Assembly: GCA_036785375.1 (NCBI GenBank) | Contig: JAWMAR010000030.1 | Span: 5,704,001 to 5,768,000 of the forward strand | Direction: 5' to 3' | Length of the DNA: 64,000 nucleotides | Source of the DNA: Leucoraja ocellata | Lineage: Eukaryota | Shown here: in pieces, positions 61,301 to 64,000 of the stretch | Numbering within the stretch: position 1 is the stretch's first letter | How the letters are laid out: each line of letters begins with the position of its first letter | The notes under the pieces: generated by a model | What the model saw: only the letters and a program-made list of their open reading frames with translations | What the model was told of the DNA's origin: nothing | Database searches by the model: none | Made by a program: the position numbers and the translations under genes

Positions 61301-63935
61301 ATAAAGGATAAAGGGTATATAGTGCAAGATAATGTCCGATTAAAGACAGTTCAAAGGTCTCCAATGATGGAGATGGGATGTCAGAACCACACTCAAGCTG
61401 ATGAGAGGATCATTCAGTTGCCTGATAACAACTGGGAAGAAACTGTTCCTATATCAGGATAGACACAAATGCTGGAGAAACACAGCGGGTGAGGCAGCAT
61501 CTATGGAGCGACGTCACCTATTTCCTTCGCTCCATAGATGCTGCCTCACCCGCTGAGTTTCTCCAGCATTTTTGTCTACCTTTGATTTTCCAGCATCTGC
61601 AGTTCCTTCTTAAACAGGCAAGAGATAGAAAGGTGTGAGAATAACCAAGACTCTTCAGCAGCGGAGCGCTGGCAAATGACAGGCCACACACCACGTAATT
61701 TGTAGATGTCCAGCATGGAGGTTGGTGAGCGGGTGAATGGCTGCTCTTCAGTCCCCTTTCATTCTGCTGTGGCCCTTTTGAAAGTAATTAAGATCAACGG
61801 CGGCAGCGTGGGCCTCGGCTGCGGTGGGAGGAAAAGACAATGGGGACCCAGTGTGGGGGTACCGCTGTGAGAGAGGGTGGGAGAACAAAATGGGACCCGG
61901 TGTGGGGGAGGGGGGGGGGCACTTTAGTGTTGGAATCCCAGGGGATAAGTCTGTGTTTGTTCCTTTGTTCTGGTGACAGCAGCCAGCCAACAGTCGCTTG
62001 TCTTTTTCTTTTCGTTTTCACTTCTAATTTCAAGTTACTGTGTACCGTGTGTGTTGCGACTGTCGGCAGACCAATTCCCCTCCGGGGATGAATAACGTTT
62101 TATCGTATCGTATCGTATCTCCCAGCGGTGAACACAAAACAATCACTAGCGCTGTCCAAAATAATTCACGGCACAAAACATCCGGAGGTCTTTCAGGAGC
62201 GGCGATGCCTCACTAACACATTATCATGCAGGAAAGATCAATGTGAAAACTAGATACTTTCTCCTTTATAAAAACATTATAGCTTTCATATTCAATGGGA
62301 GAAATCATTGCAATGCTTGTTAATATGCACAAACCTCTCAGGGATCCTTGAGCTATCTATCACTCTTTAATTGATAGTTACTGCAAAGAGAATAAATGAT
62401 CTCTTCTCTAATGATAAAAAATTCCTTGTCCTGTCACTTTGTTTTCAGATGGTTTCAAGGCTTCGACTGGGAGGGGCTACGGGCTCGGAAAATGAAGTCC
62501 TTGCTTAAAAGAGAGGTAACAATGTTAATATTGTTTAACACGCTTCTAAAACAATTCACAGACACCCAGGCATCATAGGAAACTATTCCATAGAGAATCA
62601 TTGTAGAATCATGGACTTACTGCCCATCAAGCACACACCAGCCAAAGAAACGTTGTTTAGGCTGATCCCTGATCCCTTGAAGGTTGCAATTCAATTGAGA
62701 TACTTTCCTACTTGATTGCTTCTACTGTGATTTCAAGAGGTAAATATACAGATTCCAACCAAGCTTTGAATGAAAATGCATAATCTCTACATCATTCTGA
62801 TTCTATCACCAAGTATCTTAAAGCCATTGACCGTTCTACTAAAGGAAGCAAAAAAAGATACAAAGTGCTGGAGTAACTCAGTGGGTCAAGCAGCATCTCT
62901 GGAGAACATGGAGAGGGGACATTTCAGGTGAACTTTCTTCAGACTCTAAACAGATGTCTCCTTCATCTGAAGAAGCATCCTGACCCAAAACATAACCTAA
63001 CCAAGTTCTCCATAGATACTGCCTGACCCACTGAGTTATTCTAACACTGTTTCTTTTTTTTGTAAACCAGCACCTGCAGTTCCTTGTATCTATTAAAGGA
63101 TTGTAGTTTAGAAAATTAAAAAAGTATTGAACCTGCTCCATTATTCAACAAGGTCATGGTTGATTCTTCAACTCAACTTCACTTTGATATGGAATCTGTA
63201 GTCTATGTATCCTCATATCCAAACATGTCTCTATCTCAGAGTTCAACATACTCAGAAGGTGAATGAGATTTCTCATTCCAGATTTAAATTGACAATCACT
63301 TATGTTAAGACTTAGCCATGTGAGAGTGGACTCTCCAACCTAAGGAATAAGCCTCACCATGTCCATCCCACCAAGCTGTCTAAGTGTATTAGGCTTTAAT
63401 GAGATTGTTTGTCTGAACCCTAGTTTTTGAGAACATCAAACCTAAGAGATTCTATTCAGCGTGAACATCAGACCTAAGAGGGTACACAAAATTGCTGGAG
63501 AAACTCAGCGGGTGCAGCAGCATCTATGGAGCGAAGGAAATAGGCGGCGTTTCGGGCCGAAACCCTTCTTCAGACTGATGGACAGACCTAAGAGACTCAT
63601 TTCATCAGCATTCAGATGTTATTTTCAGAATATATCAAAAGGTGGAATTTGCAAGTCAACCAGCCTTATTTGGTTAAAAATTAGTTATAATTGCAACCTG
63701 TTAGGAGAAGACTGGTTATTGCAGAGGAGCAGAATATTTGTTGATTCAGGTTCATAAGAATGAGTTACTCCAGCACTCGGTGTAAACCAGCATCTGCCGT
63801 TCTTTCTTACACCATCTTATGTTTCCTTCTTGCTTTCAGTTGCAAGGACCAACAGACCACAGCCACTTTGACAGCTTCTGCCGTAACAATGAACTGCCTC
63901 CAGATGAGTTCTCAGGCTGGGATGAGGACTTTTGA
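30956..63935 (+). CDS. PRKG2L: cGMP-dependent protein kinase 2-like; complete, 18 coding exons, 754 aa
   Basis: Exon phases join without frameshift (2265 nt). N-myristoylation start MGNGSV, leucine zipper, pseudosubstrate [47 protein letters not shown], kinase motifs [21 protein letters not shown] and [11 protein letters not shown]-terminal GWDEDF*. Paralog identity (PRKG2-like vs PRKG2) is inferred from linkage to COL13A1. Confidence 0.9.
33320..33486 (+). CDS. PRKG2L: PRKG2-like coding exon 2
   Basis: [18 protein letters not shown]...GNHLYVLA; AG/GT; 167 nt. Confidence 0.95.
33535..33703 (+). mobile_element. PLE terminal-repeat derivative with near-intact hammerhead core
   Basis: CTGAAGA-AGGATCTCGACCC-GAAAGGTC at 33611-33638. 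Confidence 0.8.
35120..35487. mobile_element. Composite PLE remnant (inverted repeat, ORF start, repeat)
   Basis: Minus-strand hammerhead core at about 35179-35206; ORF start region 35298-35352; + strand repeat 35369-35487. Confidence 0.75.
35544..35657 (+). CDS. PRKG2L: PRKG2-like coding exon 3 (CNB-A phosphate-binding cassette)
   Basis: [38 protein letters not shown]; 114 nt. Confidence 0.95.
36245..37262 (+). mobile_element. Degraded CR1/HER1 LINE ORF2 (RT region) and tail
   Basis: Traces of [31 protein letters not shown] and SKFTDDTK; 3' tail shared with the HE1-like SINE. Confidence 0.85.
37507..37612 (+). CDS. PRKG2L: PRKG2-like coding exon 4
   Basis: [35 protein letters not shown]; 106 nt. 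Confidence 0.94.
38479..38542 (+). CDS. PRKG2L: PRKG2-like coding exon 5
   Basis: [22 protein letters not shown]; 64 nt. Confidence 0.94.
38990..39415 (+). mobile_element. Rex1/Babar-type LINE 3' fragment
   Basis: ORF 38905..39264 [13 protein letters not shown]...[16 protein letters not shown]. Confidence 0.75.
40258..40565 (-). mobile_element. V-SINE (HE1-like), full length
   Basis: Reverse complement of 957-1282. Confidence 0.85.
40859..41176. mobile_element. PIF/Harbinger-type MITE
   Basis: About 46-bp TIRs starting AGCCCTGTCCCACGGTAC / GTACCGTGGGACAGGGCT. Confidence 0.85.
41752..41854 (+). mobile_element. Short PLE terminal-repeat insertion with 14-bp TSD
   Basis: TGGGTAGTTCCATG at 41738-41751 and 41855-41868. 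Confidence 0.88.
41757..41792 (+). ncRNA. Minimal type I hammerhead ribozyme motif (PLE-type)
   Basis: GGGU-CUGAAGA-G-GGGU UUCG GCCC-GAAA-CGUC-GCCU: intact core, stem II hairpin, palindromic ACGU in place of stem III, possible 4-bp stem I. Activity untested. Confidence 0.7.
42330..42407 (+). CDS. PRKG2L: PRKG2-like coding exon 6
   Basis: [26 protein letters not shown]; 78 nt. Confidence 0.95.
42868..43150 (+). mobile_element. Non-autonomous retroelement with (GAT)n tail, RTE-like
   Basis: CpG-rich insert, tail gatgatgatgat, flanked by AGAGAGG at 42861-42867 and 43151-43157. Confidence 0.6.
43313..43407 (+). CDS. PRKG2L: PRKG2-like coding exon 7
   Basis: [31 protein letters not shown]; 95 nt. 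Confidence 0.95.
44983..45051 (+). CDS. PRKG2L: PRKG2-like coding exon 8
   Basis: [23 protein letters not shown]; 69 nt. Confidence 0.94.
46205..46501 (-). mobile_element. V-SINE (HE1-like)
   Basis: Reverse complement of 957-1282. Confidence 0.85.
46762..46829 (+). pseudogene. Decayed duplicate (pseudoexon) of PRKG2-like coding exon 8
   Basis: 68 nt vs 69 nt. Aligns to 44983-45051, and the downstream intron aligns too (gtcttcct.tggagtgaactttcat). In-frame TGA TAA. Confidence 0.85.
47231..47329 (+). CDS. PRKG2L: PRKG2-like coding exon 9
   Basis: [33 protein letters not shown]; donor gtcagt; 99 nt. Confidence 0.92.
48248..48398 (+). CDS. PRKG2L: PRKG2-like coding exon 10 (kinase Gly-rich loop)
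   Basis: [11 protein letters not shown]...[12 protein letters not shown]; 151 nt. Confidence 0.9.
48555..48725 (+). mobile_element. V-SINE fragment
   Basis: A and B box remnants (gggtttgatccc); internally deleted. Confidence 0.7.
49122..49258 (+). CDS. PRKG2L: PRKG2-like coding exon 11
   Basis: [45 protein letters not shown]; 137 nt. Confidence 0.95.
49589..49745. other. Assembly gap (157 N) in PRKG2-like intron 11
   Basis: Run of N, preceded by (ATCA)n, (GT)n and a PLE repeat. Confidence 0.99.
52045..52601. mobile_element. Penelope-like element insertion: inverted RT fragment plus 3' terminal repeat, 15-bp TSD
   Basis: ORF 52032..52313 (-) [33 protein letters not shown] carries the PLE DKG motif; + strand repeat at 52390-52601; CTTCAGAGCTCAGGA at 52030-52044 and 52602-52616. 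Confidence 0.9.
52908..52997 (+). CDS. PRKG2L: PRKG2-like coding exon 12
   Basis: [29 protein letters not shown]; 90 nt. Confidence 0.95.
53045..53400 (+). mobile_element. Young CR1/HER1 LINE 3' end
   Basis: Near-identical to 55655-55987; ends in (TTTCTATG)n. Confidence 0.9.
53598..53789. mobile_element. PIF/Harbinger-type palindromic MITE (left TIR partly deleted), TTA TSD
   Basis: TTA|TGCC...GTGGGACAGGGGCA|TTA; same family as 56872-57087; inserted in a PLE repeat. Confidence 0.85.
54523..54664 (+). CDS. PRKG2L: PRKG2-like coding exon 13 (catalytic loop)
   Basis: [47 protein letters not shown]; 142 nt. Confidence 0.95.
54760..55102 (-). mobile_element. Old CR1 LINE fragment
   Basis: Antisense similarity to the CR1 ORF2 C-terminus (caatactcca, ataattttatatacttc). 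Confidence 0.65.
55412..55987 (+). mobile_element. Young CR1/HER1 LINE 3' end nested in a PLE repeat
   Basis: ORF 55353..55904 [18 protein letters not shown]...[12 protein letters not shown]; the host repeat is split at ctccggagatg / atgctgcctga. Confidence 0.93.
56872..57087. mobile_element. PIF/Harbinger-type palindromic MITE
   Basis: About 80-bp near-perfect inverted arms TGCCCTTGTCCCACTTAGGAAAC.../...GTTTCCTAAGTGGGACAGGGGC, preceded by TAA. Confidence 0.88.
58013..58176 (+). CDS. PRKG2L: PRKG2-like coding exon 14 (DFG, activation loop)
   Basis: [28 protein letters not shown]...ELLTG; 164 nt. Confidence 0.95.
58809..58931 (+). CDS. PRKG2L: PRKG2-like coding exon 15
   Basis: [40 protein letters not shown]; 123 nt. 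Confidence 0.95.
59847..59909 (+). CDS. PRKG2L: PRKG2-like coding exon 16
   Basis: [20 protein letters not shown]; 63 nt. Confidence 0.94.
60044..60368. mobile_element. PIF/Harbinger-type MITE, TAA TSD
   Basis: TAA|AGGGCCTGCCCCACGATGCG...CGCATCGTGGGACAGGCCTT|TAA, with an internal inverted repeat. Confidence 0.88.
61458..61616. mobile_element. Foldback PLE terminal-repeat derivative
   Basis: Arms 61469-61511 and 61527-61570 are near-perfect reverse complements. Confidence 0.85.
61660..62119 (+). mobile_element. Non-autonomous LINE derivative with (ATCGT)n tail
   Basis: Ends aattcccctccggggatgaataac...(atcgt)3, a hairpin-plus-microsatellite tail; 5' boundary uncertain. Confidence 0.55.
62449..62515 (+). 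CDS. PRKG2L: PRKG2-like coding exon 17
   Basis: [22 protein letters not shown]; 67 nt. Confidence 0.95.
62850..63092. mobile_element. Inverted pair of PLE terminal repeats
   Basis: Minus copy about 62855-62946; plus copy about 62967-63090. Confidence 0.8.
63481..63582 (-). mobile_element. Short PLE terminal-repeat insertion with 12-bp TSD
   Basis: CAGACCTAAGAG at 63469-63480 and 63583-63594; near-identical to 41752-41854 in reverse. Confidence 0.88.
63840..63935 (+). CDS. PRKG2L: PRKG2-like last coding exon
   Basis: [31 protein letters not shown]; 96 nt. Confidence 0.95.
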   Translation: MQGPTDHSHFDSFCRNNELPPDEFSGWDEDF

Positions 63936-64000
63936 GGATTGGCTTCCACATCTGAGGATGAAGACTGAGAACCTCAGGAATCTTGGAGAAGTGGGAACAA

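Noticed and set aside
1-64000. Recurring peptides such as RNCRCW / [12 protein letters not shown] / [12 protein letters not shown] as a small-protein family or CRISPR-like array
   Set aside because: They are translations of the dispersed PLE terminal repeat in varying frames and strands; no regular repeat-spacer period, and the DNA is vertebrate.

Overview
Eukaryotic, intron-rich vertebrate DNA. The repeat content (HE1-like V-SINEs, HER1/CR1 LINE tails, Deu-domain SINEs) points to a cartilaginous fish, probably a skate or ray (inference). There are two + strand genes. (1) The 3' end of a MACIT transmembrane collagen, COL13A1: coding exons at 319-17300, ending ...[13 protein letters not shown], with the stop codon opening the last exon at 18651. 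It carries two tandem, probably mutually exclusive 'GLDAPCPL' exons. (2) A complete 18-coding-exon cGMP-dependent protein kinase II-like gene (ATG 30956 to TGA 63935; exons sum to 2265 nt = 754 aa), probably the PRKG2 ohnolog rather than PRKG2 itself. It contains a decayed duplicate of coding exon 8. Introns hold roughly 30 short Penelope-like element (PLE) terminal-repeat derivatives carrying a minimal hammerhead-ribozyme core (CUGANGA...GAAACGUC), several with 12-15 bp target-site duplications. Also present: PIF/Harbinger-type MITEs, CR1 and Rex-type LINE fragments, SINEs, a perfect 83-bp palindrome and one assembly gap. All coordinates were read by eye. Repeat boundaries are approximate, and comparisons to human proteins are from memory.
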